Shown: positions 33,909 through 45,001 of the stretch, piece by piece
Numbering within the stretch: position 1 is the first letter of the stretch
How the letters are laid out: each line of letters starts with the position of its first letter
Virus record (IMG/VR): IMGVR_UViG_3300020440_000021
Coordinates: 1 to 49,308 of that record
Strand: one strand, 5' to 3'
DNA from: a virus
Taxonomy: Duplodnaviria; Caudoviricetes
Length of the DNA stretch: 49,308 nucleotides
Notes under the pieces: model-generated
Told to the model about the DNA's origin: nothing
What the model saw: the letters and a program-made list of their open reading frames with translations, nothing else
The model's database searches: none
Translations under genes and position numbers: made by a program

Positions 33909-36900
33909 ATGGCAACAACAGTATTAAAAAAATATAGCATAGCTCCTTATTATGATGATTTCGATGAAACAAAGAATTTTCATAGAATTTTATTTAGACC
34001 TGGCCATTCAGTTCAGGCTCGAGAGCTTACTCAATTACAAACAGCATTACAAGCTCAAATAGATCGATATGGTCAATTTGCATTTAAAGATGGATCACGT
34101 GTAGTAAACGGTAAGGTTACTTTAAATATTGAATATGACTTTATCAAAATTGAATCAAGCTTTACTCATTCATCAGCTGGTTCTTTAAATTCAGATAATT
34201 ATTTAGATCAATTTGTAGGTACAACAATTACGGGTGCTACATCTGGTATTACAGCTGAAGTATTACAAGTTGTTGCAGCTGCTGGTTCTGATCCAAATAC
34301 TTTATATGTAAAATATACAAATAGTGGTACAAATAACACTACACAAACTTTTGCAGCTGAAGAAGAATTTAGTTCAAATGGATCGCCAGTAAGATACGGA
34401 AAACTTAAAAATACAGCAAGTACACCAACAGGTAAAGGTTCATCGGTAAATATTGAAGAGGGTGTATACTTTATTTCTGGTACATTTGTATTTGTTCCTG
34501 CTGGTTCATTAATATTAGACAAATATACAAATACACCAAACTACGTAGTTGGTTTAAGAGTCACTGAAGATATAGTGACATCTGATAACGATAATAGTTT
34601 GCTTGATAACGCACAAGGTGTACCAAATACTTCAGCACCTGGTGCAAATAGATATAGAATATCAACTACACTTATTAAAGAGCCACTTAATCTTGCAAGT
34701 CGTAGTGAAGCAAGTTATATTACCTTAATTGTTATCGAAGACGGTAAAGCTGCAGTCGATAAAACAGATAAAAATACTGATACAGAATTAACAGAAAGAC
34801 TTGCTCGTAGAACTTTTGAAGAATCAGGAGACTATGTTGTAGAACCATTTCAATTAAATATTAGAGAATATTTAGATGATGGTACTAATAATGGTTATAA
34901 AACAACAACACAAATTATTGCTGATGGAGATGCAGGTAATACAAGTGCTGCAACTACATTTGGTAAAGCAAGACTTGCGGTAGGTGTTGAACCTTCAGTC
35001 GCTTATGTCAAAGGTTTCCGTGTTCAAAATAATACAACAAGATATATTACTGTAGAAAAGCCTAGAGGTAATAATGCTACAGAAAATATTAATGTAGCGA
35101 CAACAAGTATACAATTAGGTAACTATGTTAAATTAAATGCAAGTACAGTTAAAGGTATGCCAGATGTAAATGATTTTGCTACTATTAATTTGCACAGTGC
35201 TACTGGACAAGGTGGTAGTGTAATTGGTACAGCAAGAGCAAGATCATTAGAATTTGTAAGTAATGAATTAAGATTATTCTTATTTGATATTAAAATGACT
35301 GGCTCAAATACATTCAGTGCAGTAAGATCAGTCGATCAATCTGGCACAACTCAAAACTTTATTGGTGATTTATCTAGTGCTGGTAATTTATTTGATGTAG
35401 GTAAAAATAGTTTAGTATTTAAACTTCCATATGATGCTATTAAAACATTATATACTGCATCAGATCCGTCTGTAGTTGATACAACTTATGTAGTAAAAGA
35501 AAAATTTGAAACAACTGGTAATAATATTACGGTTGCTTCAGGTCAAGGAAGTTTTATTAATGTAAGTAGTGTAACAGCTTCTTTAGGTACTGGTGTAATA
35601 GATACAACTCCAACAATAACAGAAACTGACGGATCACAAACTTTAACATTTACTGATGTAGGTGGAGTTACACCTGGATCTACAACTCTTAAAGTAATGG
35701 CAGATGTACAAAAAAATCTTGTACAAGCTACAAAAACTCGAGCAAATAATCAAACAAAAACTGGCTCGTTATCAGGCGGAAGTCTTTCACTTGATAAAGG
35801 TGATATCATTAGAATAGTTTCTATCACTGATTCAAATAGTACTAACATTACTGATAAATTTGTATTAGATAATGGTCAAAGAGATAATTTTTACGACAAT
35901 GGTAAAGTCACATTAAAATCAGGAGAATCAGTAACAGGAAATATTACAGTTACTTTCGATCATTACACACATGGTTCAGGAGATTATTTTACAGTAGATT
36001 CATATCCAACTGATGATTATGATTCAATACCTGAATTTAATGGATTAAAACTAAGAGATTGCATAGATTTCAGACCAAGAAAAGCTAATGCTGGAGTAGA
36101 TAATTTTACAGGTACAAATGCTACAAGTCCAAGACCTCCAAAACCAAATCATGCTTTAAATGCAGAAATTACTTTCTTCATGCCAAGAATTGATAAACTT
36201 TATATTACAAGACGTGGTGAATTTAAAACTGAAGTTGGTGTTCCATCAGAAACACCTAAAGCTCCAGATACACCAGATGATTCAATGGGTATATATGACT
36301 TAAGATTAAAACCTTATGTCTTTAATAAAGATGATTTAGTGCCAAAAATTCTTGATAATAGAAGATATACTATGCGTGATATTGGTCAATTAGATAAACG
36401 TATTAAAAATTTAGAGTATTATACCTCGCTTTCTTTATTAGAACAAAGTGCTGCTGACGTAGAATTATTTGATGGCTCTGGATTTTCAAGATTAAAGAAT
36501 GGATTTATTGTTGATGGATTTAGATCTCACAACGTTGGTGACGTTAAAAATGTTGATTATCAAGCTTCTATTGACAAAGTAAATGGTTATTTAAGACCAA
36601 TGTTCAATGAACAAAATGCTAACTTAGTACGTAAATCAGGTGATAGTGGTACTGCAGTAAAAAATGGTTCTCTTGTAACAATGCCATTCACAACTACTAA
36701 TTATATTGATCAGCCTTATGCTTCTACTTTTGTAAATGTTAATCCATATAATGTATTTGAATGGGGTGGAGAAGTAGAACTTTCTCCAGATTCAGATGAG
36801 TGGAAAGAAGTAGATGTAAGACCTAACGTTGTTATTGATGATTCATCATCATATAATCAATTTGTTGAAATGGCTGAAGAAACTGGTATTCTTGGTACTC

Positions 36901-39122
36901 AATGGAATGAATGGGAAACAAACTGGACTGGTACAGATATTAGTATAGAAGTTGATGGTGAAGAAGACTTTTTTGAAAGGAATTTTCAAGGAAGAGGCGG
37001 AAGAGTTAGAGGAAGGAGACGAGGAAGAATTGGTGTAACAACAACTACTACAATGACTACTACAGAAAATCAATCTCGAAGTGGAATACGAACAAATGTT
37101 GCTTTTGATACAGTAACACGAAGTGACGGACAAAGAGTTGTTGAAGTTAACTTTGTACCATTTATAAGATCAAGAAAAATATTCTTTAAAGCTCAATTAA
37201 TGAAACCAAATACGAGAATATATGCATTTTTTGATGGAGTAGATATATCAAGCTTTATTAGAGAAGAAACATATCAAGAATTTTCAGATCAATCTGGTGT
37301 TGATACTTTTGAAGGAGTAACATCACATCCAGATTCTGCAGGTAATTTAATTACTGATGCTACTGGACAAGTATCTGGCTCATTTATTATACCAAGAAAT
37401 AACGCACTTAAATTTGCAACAGGTGTAAGAGAATTTAAACTTACTGATAGTAGTACAAATAATAAAACAAATGAAACAACATATGCTGAAACACAGTATC
37501 ATGCTCAAGGTCTTATAGAATCAGTTGAAAGTAGAATTGTATCTACAAAAGTACCAAGACTTGTACAAACTGAATTAAATGAAGACAGAACAATTGTTGA
37601 TTCACAGGTATCAGAAACAACAACATGGGTTGACCCAGTTGCAGAAACTATTTTAATTGATAAAGAAGGTGGAATATTTGCTAAAAGCGTAGATATATTC
37701 TTTAAGTCAGTTGACCCAGCAATACCAGTAAGATTAACTATTAGAACAACTCAAAATGGTATACCAACACAAAGAATAGTACCAGGTGCTGATAAAATAC
37801 TATATCCTGCTGCATCTGGAGACAATATTCAAGTATCAACAGACGCATCAGTAGCAACTAATTTTAATTTTGACTATCCAGTATTTTTAGCTCAAGATAC
37901 AGAGTATGCAATTGTTCTTACTTCACAATCAGATAATTATGAAGTTTATATTGCTGAAATGGGTGGGTTCGATTTAACAACTACAACGCATAGAATATCT
38001 AAGCAACCATATAATGGTGTATTCTTTACATCTCAAAATGCTTCAACATGGACACCAGAACAAAGTAAAGATTTAAAATTTAAATTAAATAGATGTTCAT
38101 TTACTGGCTCATCAGCAGAAATTAATCTTGTTAATGATGTATTACCTACAAGAAGATTACCTGGTAATCCATTTACTACAACATCTGGATCTGGTGTTGT
38201 AACAGTAAATCATAAAAATCATGGTAATCATGATAGTAGTTCAAGAGTAACTATATCGGGAGCAGTTGATACAAATGGAATTTCAGCTGCTAATCTTAAT
38301 GGTACTCATACAATAAGTAATATTACACATGATAGTTATCAGTTTACTGCTGGTGGATCTGATACAGCATCATCAACAGGTGCAGGTGGTGGATCCGCAG
38401 TAAGAGCTTCTGAAAATAGACACATTGATGTTATGTATCCAGTGCTTCAAAATATTCAGGTACCTGGAACTTCATTGAGAACTCATGCTACAATTTATAG
38501 TGGTCAAAGTATAGATGGAACTGAAGCTGCACATCAAGCTGGTACTGAATTTGAAATATTACCTAATAAAAATTATAGATTTGAAGCACCAAGAATGATT
38601 GGTTCTGCAGCAAATGAAACTAATAACATGGGTGGTAATAAATCATTTAATATGAGATGCGTATTATCAACTACTAATGAAGCATTATCTCCTGTTATTG
38701 ATATGAATAGAGCTTCAGTACATACAATACAAAATAGAATTAGTTCATCATCAAGTTTTTCTGAACTCGGAGCAACTGGTGGATCTGAACTTACAAGGTA
38801 TATAACTAAAAAAGTTGAACTCAATGAAGAAGCTGATACAGCAACAATATTTATGAATGTTAATAGACCTGGTGGTTCGAATGTAAGACTCTTTTTTAGA
38901 ACTCTCGAAGGTGGTGATTCAGGAGACATTAATGATGTAGCATTTAGTGAAGCAAGTCCAACTGAATCTATACCAGTAAATGAAACAGAATTTAATGAAG
39001 TAAGATATGATATCGATCCTACTGGTAGTTTTGGTTCAATACAATTTAAGATTGTTATGACTTCAACCGTTTCATCTACTCCTCCAAGAGTAAGTGATTT
39101 TAGAGCAATATGCGCAACATAG
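33909..39122 (+). CDS. large baseplate/tail structural protein (VrlC/DUF4815-like)
   Basis: PYYDDFDE.KNFHRILFRPG..VQARELTQLQ, APGANRY, LARRTFEESGDY, YTMRDIG.L..RI.NLEYYTSLSLLE, RLKNGFIVD.F, W...QS.DLKF.L.R. Confidence 0.88.
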   Translation: MATTVLKKYSIAPYYDDFDETKNFHRILFRPGHSVQARELTQLQTALQAQIDRYGQFAFKDGSRVVNGKVTLNIEYDFIKIESSFTHSSAGSLNSDNYLDQFVGTTITGATSGITAEVLQVVAAAGSDPNTLYVKYTNSGTNNTTQTFAAEEEFSSNGSPVRYGKLKNTASTPTGKGSSVNIEEGVYFISGTFVFVPAGSLILDKYTNTPNYVVGLRVTEDIVTSDNDNSLLDNAQGVPNTSAPGANRYRISTTLIKEPLNLASRSEASYITLIVIEDGKAAVDKTDKNTDTELTERLARRTFEESGDYVVEPFQLNIREYLDDGTNNGYKTTTQIIADGDAGNTSAATTFGKARLAVGVEPSVAYVKGFRVQNNTTRYITVEKPRGNNATENINVATTSIQLGNYVKLNASTVKGMPDVNDFATINLHSATGQGGSVIGTARARSLEFVSNELRLFLFDIKMTGSNTFSAVRSVDQSGTTQNFIGDLSSAGNLFDVGKNSLVFKLPYDAIKTLYTASDPSVVDTTYVVKEKFETTGNNITVASGQGSFINVSSVTASLGTGVIDTTPTITETDGSQTLTFTDVGGVTPGSTTLKVMADVQKNLVQATKTRANNQTKTGSLSGGSLSLDKGDIIRIVSITDSNSTNITDKFVLDNGQRDNFYDNGKVTLKSGESVTGNITVTFDHYTHGSGDYFTVDSYPTDDYDSIPEFNGLKLRDCIDFRPRKANAGVDNFTGTNATSPRPPKPNHALNAEITFFMPRIDKLYITRRGEFKTEVGVPSETPKAPDTPDDSMGIYDLRLKPYVFNKDDLVPKILDNRRYTMRDIGQLDKRIKNLEYYTSLSLLEQSAADVELFDGSGFSRLKNGFIVDGFRSHNVGDVKNVDYQASIDKVNGYLRPMFNEQNANLVRKSGDSGTAVKNGSLVTMPFTTTNYIDQPYASTFVNVNPYNVFEWGGEVELSPDSDEWKEVDVRPNVVIDDSSSYNQFVEMAEETGILGTQWNEWETNWTGTDISIEVDGEEDFFERNFQGRGGRVRGRRRGRIGVTTTTTMTTTENQSRSGIRTNVAFDTVTRSDGQRVVEVNFVPFIRSRKIFFKAQLMKPNTRIYAFFDGVDISSFIREETYQEFSDQSGVDTFEGVTSHPDSAGNLITDATGQVSGSFIIPRNNALKFATGVREFKLTDSSTNNKTNETTYAETQYHAQGLIESVESRIVSTKVPRLVQTELNEDRTIVDSQVSETTTWVDPVAETILIDKEGGIFAKSVDIFFKSVDPAIPVRLTIRTTQNGIPTQRIVPGADKILYPAASGDNIQVSTDASVATNFNFDYPVFLAQDTEYAIVLTSQSDNYEVYIAEMGGFDLTTTTHRISKQPYNGVFFTSQNASTWTPEQSKDLKFKLNRCSFTGSSAEINLVNDVLPTRRLPGNPFTTTSGSGVVTVNHKNHGNHDSSSRVTISGAVDTNGISAANLNGTHTISNITHDSYQFTAGGSDTASSTGAGGGSAVRASENRHIDVMYPVLQNIQVPGTSLRTHATIYSGQSIDGTEAAHQAGTEFEILPNKNYRFEAPRMIGSAANETNNMGGNKSFNMRCVLSTTNEALSPVIDMNRASVHTIQNRISSSSSFSELGATGGSELTRYITKKVELNEEADTATIFMNVNRPGGSNVRLFFRTLEGGDSGDINDVAFSEASPTESIPVNETEFNEVRYDIDPTGSFGSIQFKIVMTSTVSSTPPRVSDFRAICAT

Positions 39123-39130
39123 GATAAGTT

Positions 39131-39331
39131 ATGCCAAGAAAGAAAAAAGTAGAAAATTTACCTGATTATGAAAAAGATACAGCGACGCATGCTGTTATAA
39201 ATAATAATACTACAGCATTCAGTAATCGTAGAGATCAAATTGCTAAATTGCAAGAAAAAGAAGATGTTATAAAATCAATGAAAGACGATATTGAAGAATT
39301 AAAAAAAATAGTAAAAGGGCTGAGTAAATAA
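39131..39331 (+). CDS. small coiled-coil protein conserved after VrlC-like genes
   Basis: KVE......KD..T.AVIN..; C-terminal heptads; AGGA RBS. Confidence 0.75.
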   Translation: MPRKKKVENLPDYEKDTATHAVINNNTTAFSNRRDQIAKLQEKEDVIKSMKDDIEELKKIVKGLSK

Positions 39332-42300
39332 TGGCTATTCGAGACGAAGTAAGAATATTAAAAACTAATACACTGGAAGAGTTCAGACAAAAGTCTAATG
39401 AACTTTCAATACGTAATGTTGGTGATGATAAACTTTTAGATGTTCGACTTGCAGATAAAGAATACAGTTTTACAGCTACAGCAAGTCAAAGATTTTTTGA
39501 AATTAGTAATGGTCGCTTTGAAATTTTACCAGAACAAACAATTGATAGAACAACTGGAGTTGCTGAATCATTTAGAGTAGGAGCTATAAGAGTTACAAGT
39601 CAAGGCACAGAATTAAGTCAAGGCCTTGCTGCTAATAATTTTATCGTATCTAATTATTCATTAAAGGTAACACTTACTGGCTCTCCATCTCTTCCATCAG
39701 AATTTGTAGAAAACGCAGTATTAACTCAGTCTGGTGGATTCTCAGGAACACTATTATCAGCTGATAGTAATACTTTAAGATTTAAATCACATACAGGAGT
39801 ATTTAGTAATAGTCAAAATCTTGGTATACCACACACCGATGCTACAAAAAGAATAATTGCAAGTAATATATCATCAAATGTTTCAGTTGATGCAGGACAT
39901 GGTATTATGATAGAATTAATTACTCCTGCAAGTAATGGTGATGCTATTAAAATTATTTCAACAAGTTTAGTTGATGCTGTAAATGAAATACAAGATGATA
40001 TCGGAGATATATCATTACTTGGTACAACTAATACGCTTGATGTCGTAACAGCAGTAAATGAACTTGAAACTGCAATAAGAGGAAGTGCAAGTGATTTAGT
40101 ATCTAGTGTTATTACCACAACTGCAAACGATTTAGCTGCAGCAATAAATGAACATGATACAGAAATAGGTACAGTAGCAAACCTTGACGATGCTGCTGGA
40201 TATGCAGCTGCTGATTTATCATCAGGTGTTGTCGAAGTACAAGGTGTAATAGGTAATAAAGCAGATTTAACAACTTCAACTACAAGTAATATAGTAGCAG
40301 CAATAAATGAAGTTGATGCAAATGCAGATGCAAGTGTTAAACTTACAAGTAGTTCTACTCAAACAATAAATTCAGATGTTACATTTGCAAGTGGCAAAAC
40401 ACTTGATATGAGATCTGGCTCTTTACTTGTTGGTGGAGGAGCTGGTTCATCTCTTGGATTTGATACAGCTTTCTTAGACTTATCATCAGGTTCTGCAATT
40501 AGAGGTTTATCTTTTGAAAGAAGTAATCATGGTCTTGGTAGTGATGTAGAAATCAGAATAAATCAAGCTCAAGTTACTGCAGGTAAACCTGCTAGACTCT
40601 TTCAAGTTAAAGGATTAAATGATTCATCAAATAGTGAAGTTGCGGATTTAGTAACATTTTATAATGCAAAAGAATTATTTGCAAATAATACTGAAACCGG
40701 TATTAGTGTAGATTGGGATTCAACAAATCAGAATTTTGATATTGTATTAACTCAAGATCCAACAATTACTTTAGGTGGAGATCTTGGTGGTTCATTAACA
40801 ATGACTAATTTGGCTGGTGGAACATTAACAGCAACAATACAAGCTGGATCAGTAGAAAACAGTATGTTAGCTGGTTCTATAGCAGCTTCAAAACTTGCAG
40901 GGTCAATACCAAATAGTAAATTATCAAATTCAAGTATTACAGTAAGTGATGGTTCAAATACATCTCCAATTGCACTTGGAAATACTCTTACATTTAGTGG
41001 AACAGCTGGTGAAGTAACAGTAGTTGAAAATGCAGGTACTGTAACTGTAGGATTACCTGATAACGTAACTGTTACTGGTAATATGACTATTAATGGTAAT
41101 TTAGATGTTAATGGTACACAAACAACTATTAATACCGCAACACTTGAAGTTGATGATACTTTAATATTAACAGGTACATCAACTACTGAACCAACAACTG
41201 GTGGGTTTGGATTTGAAACAAGAAGTTTTTCAGGTATAGGAACACATGCAAATAATGCATCAAATGTTACTGGTTCACATAGTATTGTATATAACTTTGC
41301 AACAGATAGATGGGAAGCTGATGGTTCATTAATATTATCAGAAGCTACATTATCATCTCCAACTGTTGAAGGCGTTTCATTTAGTCCAAGTAAAAACTTA
41401 GATTTTGTTAGTGGATCTGGAATATCAGTAACTTCAGCTCAAAATGGTAATGATATTGATATCACAATTTCAAATACACTTGATGGTTATTCAGGTTGGT
41501 TCTTAACTGTTGATGGAGTTGATAGAGGCAATATTGCTGATGACGAAAGAGTATCATTTGCAGCTGGTACATTTATGGATGTATCATATAATGCAACAAA
41601 TAATGTAATAACATATAGTCATGAAGATACTGGTGGTTCTTTTACAGGATCAGATAATTCTGGTAATACTGTAATTCAAGATATTAGTGTTGATAGCAGA
41701 GGTCATATAAACGGTGTAGGAACAAAAACATTTTCTTATTCTGATTTTGGTAATACTGATTCTATTACAGAAGGTTCAAGTAATTTATTTTTTACTAATG
41801 CAAGAGCAAGAGGTGCTGTAAGCGCAGGAAGTGGTATATCATATAATTCAAGTACAGGTCAAATATCTACATCATTTAGTCAATTTGTTTTACCAACAAA
41901 TAATGTAACTCAAGCATCAGTATCTGGAAATACACTAACACTAAGTAGACAAGGAGCTGGTAATGTTACCTTTACTGCAAACAATTATTCATTCCCATAT
42001 ACAATTACACAAAACAATACTGCTAATACAGTTGTTTTAAGAGATGGAAGTGGCAACTTTAGTGCTGGTACAATTACTGCTACATTAAATGGTAATGCTT
42101 CAACTGCTTCAACCGCAGGTTCTGTAACTAACCAAGCAAACTCGGCAACAATCACTGCTTCTACAACTGCAGGAGCCGGAAATACTATTGTACAAAGAAA
42201 TAGTAGTGGTTATATTTTTACTAATTATCTAAATATGACTGCAAATGATGTAACATCAGGTGTTACACAAATTGCAGTAGAAACAAGTAATGATGGTTAT

Positions 42301-42789
42301 TTAAGATGGGGATCACCTGCGGCTGTTAGGTCATTCTTAAATGTTGCAGATAACGCAAATAACTTTAGTGGTAATACATATTCCAATAATATGAATCAAT
42401 ATGTAAGAACTTCAGATAATGTTACTTTTAGCGCGATTTCATGTGCTTCAGTCTCATCAAGTGGAGAAGTAACAGCTTTTGCTTCAGACGACAGACTAAA
42501 AAATAAAATTGGAACAATAGATAATGCTTTAGATAAAGTATCTTCATTAACAGGATTTTATTATACACATAACGAAAAGGGTGATGAACTTATACCAGAT
42601 TATAAAGATAAAAAACTTGTAGGTTTATCAGCACAAGATATAGAAAAAGTATTACCTGAAGTCGTAAGAGATGCTCCTTTCAAAGGAGATTATAAAACAA
42701 TACAATATGAAAAAGTAGTACCACTACTTGTTGAAGCAATTAAAGAGCTTAAACAAGAGATTGAAGAACTAAAAGGTATAAATAGTTAA
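39331..42789 (+). CDS. tail fibre protein with C-terminal intramolecular chaperone (peptidase S74-like)
   Basis: T.TLEEFRQK.N N-terminus, V.AINE helical repeats, G/S/T-rich beta repeats, autocleavage motif FASDDRLKNKI, GLSAQDIEKVLPEVV, Y.K.VPLLVEAIKEL. Confidence 0.88.
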   Translation: MAIRDEVRILKTNTLEEFRQKSNELSIRNVGDDKLLDVRLADKEYSFTATASQRFFEISNGRFEILPEQTIDRTTGVAESFRVGAIRVTSQGTELSQGLAANNFIVSNYSLKVTLTGSPSLPSEFVENAVLTQSGGFSGTLLSADSNTLRFKSHTGVFSNSQNLGIPHTDATKRIIASNISSNVSVDAGHGIMIELITPASNGDAIKIISTSLVDAVNEIQDDIGDISLLGTTNTLDVVTAVNELETAIRGSASDLVSSVITTTANDLAAAINEHDTEIGTVANLDDAAGYAAADLSSGVVEVQGVIGNKADLTTSTTSNIVAAINEVDANADASVKLTSSSTQTINSDVTFASGKTLDMRSGSLLVGGGAGSSLGFDTAFLDLSSGSAIRGLSFERSNHGLGSDVEIRINQAQVTAGKPARLFQVKGLNDSSNSEVADLVTFYNAKELFANNTETGISVDWDSTNQNFDIVLTQDPTITLGGDLGGSLTMTNLAGGTLTATIQAGSVENSMLAGSIAASKLAGSIPNSKLSNSSITVSDGSNTSPIALGNTLTFSGTAGEVTVVENAGTVTVGLPDNVTVTGNMTINGNLDVNGTQTTINTATLEVDDTLILTGTSTTEPTTGGFGFETRSFSGIGTHANNASNVTGSHSIVYNFATDRWEADGSLILSEATLSSPTVEGVSFSPSKNLDFVSGSGISVTSAQNGNDIDITISNTLDGYSGWFLTVDGVDRGNIADDERVSFAAGTFMDVSYNATNNVITYSHEDTGGSFTGSDNSGNTVIQDISVDSRGHINGVGTKTFSYSDFGNTDSITEGSSNLFFTNARARGAVSAGSGISYNSSTGQISTSFSQFVLPTNNVTQASVSGNTLTLSRQGAGNVTFTANNYSFPYTITQNNTANTVVLRDGSGNFSAGTITATLNGNASTASTAGSVTNQANSATITASTTAGAGNTIVQRNSSGYIFTNYLNMTANDVTSGVTQIAVETSNDGYLRWGSPAAVRSFLNVADNANNFSGNTYSNNMNQYVRTSDNVTFSAISCASVSSSGEVTAFASDDRLKNKIGTIDNALDKVSSLTGFYYTHNEKGDELIPDYKDKKLVGLSAQDIEKVLPEVVRDAPFKGDYKTIQYEKVVPLLVEAIKELKQEIEELKGINS
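42777..42784 (+). promoter_or_regulatory. T4-type late promoter
   Basis: TATAAATA at the fibre gene end, just before ATG42791. Confidence 0.7.
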
Positions 42790-42790
42790 A

Positions 42791-43120
42791 ATGGCTGTAG
42801 TATCTAATATAACTATAGACCAAGGAGCATCATTTAGTGCAAACATTGATGTTACTGATACTGATGGTAATGCATTGAATTTAACTGGTTATTCTGTAGC
42901 TGGTCAAATGAGAAAAACATATTCATCAAGTACAGCAACAAATTTTAGCGCAAGTATTGCAAATGCTGCAAATGGTACAGTACAAATATCATTATCAGCA
43001 ACGCAAACAAATGCATTAAAAGCAGGCCGTTATGTATATGATGTTGAAATAAATAATAGTGGTACAATCACAAGAGTAGTAGAAGGACAAGTAGAAGTAA
43101 CACCAGGAGTTACAAGATAA
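42791..43120 (+). CDS. small Ig-like virion structural protein
   Basis: NITIDQGA.F, LNLTGY....QMRK, G.V.ISL...QT..L..GRYVYDVEI, RVVEG...VTPGVT. Confidence 0.8.
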   Translation: MAVVSNITIDQGASFSANIDVTDTDGNALNLTGYSVAGQMRKTYSSSTATNFSASIANAANGTVQISLSATQTNALKAGRYVYDVEINNSGTITRVVEGQVEVTPGVTR

Positions 43121-43121
43121 C

Positions 43122-43361
43122 ATGGCAATAAAAGCAACAATTAGATCTACACCAAATATTAAAGGTAAAACAAAGCCTGGTAATCAAATTACGGCTCAAT
43201 CTTTAAAAATTGGTACAATTGCATTATCAGATTTAACTGATGTTAATGCATCAGGTCAGGCAGATGGAGCTATGTTAATTTATAATGGAACATCAGGACA
43301 ATATGTTTCAACACCAACTATTCAAAACGCTAATTTAAATATAATCGGAGGCACGTACTAA
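43122..43361 (+). CDS. small tail-fibre-associated protein
   Basis: LSDLTDV.....DG.ML.Y motif; C-terminal GGTY shared with the next gene. Confidence 0.7.
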   Translation: MAIKATIRSTPNIKGKTKPGNQITAQSLKIGTIALSDLTDVNASGQADGAMLIYNGTSGQYVSTPTIQNANLNIIGGTY

Positions 43362-43362
43362 G

Positions 43363-44922
43363 ATGGCGAATTTAACAAGAATTAAGATTCTTACCACGGG
43401 TTCTACAACTACAGCTCCAACTAATCTTAAAACTGGTGAGCTGGCTTATTCATACGTCGCTGGTACTCAAGCTAATAATGGTGATAGGTTATACATCGGC
43501 ACAGGTACTGAAACCGCGGGTGTTGCAGCAGCAGTAGATCTCATAGGTGGTAAGTATTTCACAGGTCTATTAGACCATGTACATGGAACAACAACTGCAA
43601 GTAGCGCACTTATTGTTGACGCAAATAAACATTTAAACGAATTAAATATAGGTAGTCTTGCACTTGAATCTTCAGGAGGTTCAGGTCAAGTAGTAACAAG
43701 CATTGAAACAGCTATGGCTGGTTCTCCAACAGATGCTCAACTTATTACTGCACAAGGTGTAAAAGAATATGTAGACCAACAAGTCACCGCACAAGATTTA
43801 GATGTTTCAGGTGATAGTGGTACAATATCAATTGATTTAGATTCAGAAACAATTACATTTGTTGGTGATACTGGTATTACAACAGTAGCCTCTGGTAATT
43901 CAGTTACATTTGATCTTGATGATACAGCAGTATCTGCAGGGTCTTATGGTAGTACAACTCAAATACCAACATTTACAGTAGATGCACAAGGTCGATTAAC
44001 AGCAGCTGGTACAGTAAACGTTGCAACAACTTTAACAGTAGATGCTGACGGTTCAACAACACAAAATGTTGATTTACTTGCTGATGATTTACAAATCTTA
44101 GGTACAACAAACGAAATTGAGACTACAGTTGCTAAATCAAGTAATGAAGTCACAGTAACACTTGGTCTTCCAAATGATGTAACTATTGGACAAGATTTAT
44201 CAGTAACAAGAGATGCTACTGTAACAAGAAACTTAACTGTTAATGGTAATGTTACTCTTGGTGATTCAACTTCTGATACAGTAACTACCGGCGGTAATTT
44301 AACAGTTGGTGGTGACCTAGTTGTCAATGGTACAACAACATCAGTTAATTCAACAACTATTACATTAGACGATCCAGTACTTGTACTTGCAGATAACAGT
44401 GGTACAAGTGTAGATGGAGTTGATCGTGGTGTTAGATTTAAATATGGCGATGGTTCATCAGTAAAAGAAGGTTTCTTTGGTTACGATCATCAATCAGAAA
44501 GATTTATATTTACTAAAGATGAAGACTTTAGTGGCGGTGAAGATGCCTCAAGTCCATTCCATGATGCTCAATTTGGTGGTGTATTTGCTGGTAATGTTAA
44601 AGTTGGTATTACTGGTGATAATGAAATTGATACTACATCAGGTAACTTAACAATTGATTCAGCTGGTGGTACAGTAACAGTTGATGATGATTTAACAATA
44701 ACAGGAGCTGCTTCAGCAGCAAGCTTAACATTAACAACCGATTTAGCAGTTGCTCATGGTGGTACTGGATTATCATCATTTACTGCTAATGGAGTATTTG
44801 TTTCAAATAGTGCTGGAACTGCTATATCATTTTTAACTAGCTCAGATGCTGGTGATATTGTACAATTTAATGCAAGTGGTGTTCCAGAAGTTTCAAGTGT
44901 CATAGACGGCGGAACCTACTAG
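43363..44922 (+). CDS. tail fibre/structural protein
   Basis: N-terminal AP..L..GELAYS...RLYIG domain, GSYG..TQIPTFTVDAQGRLT, LTVGGDLVVNGTTT.VNST, LAVAHGGTG, C-terminal IDGGTY. Confidence 0.85.
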   Translation: MANLTRIKILTTGSTTTAPTNLKTGELAYSYVAGTQANNGDRLYIGTGTETAGVAAAVDLIGGKYFTGLLDHVHGTTTASSALIVDANKHLNELNIGSLALESSGGSGQVVTSIETAMAGSPTDAQLITAQGVKEYVDQQVTAQDLDVSGDSGTISIDLDSETITFVGDTGITTVASGNSVTFDLDDTAVSAGSYGSTTQIPTFTVDAQGRLTAAGTVNVATTLTVDADGSTTQNVDLLADDLQILGTTNEIETTVAKSSNEVTVTLGLPNDVTIGQDLSVTRDATVTRNLTVNGNVTLGDSTSDTVTTGGNLTVGGDLVVNGTTTSVNSTTITLDDPVLVLADNSGTSVDGVDRGVRFKYGDGSSVKEGFFGYDHQSERFIFTKDEDFSGGEDASSPFHDAQFGGVFAGNVKVGITGDNEIDTTSGNLTIDSAGGTVTVDDDLTITGAASAASLTLTTDLAVAHGGTGLSSFTANGVFVSNSAGTAISFLTSSDAGDIVQFNASGVPEVSSVIDGGTY

Positions 44923-44930
44923 TATAAATA
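44923..44930 (+). promoter_or_regulatory. T4-type late promoter
   Basis: Intergenic TATAAATA. Confidence 0.8.
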
Positions 44931-45001
44931 TAATTGCTTGTATATACAAGTAAAATTTTTTTATAAACTCTATATAGAGATTGAACTAGGAGAAGCCAAA
45001 A

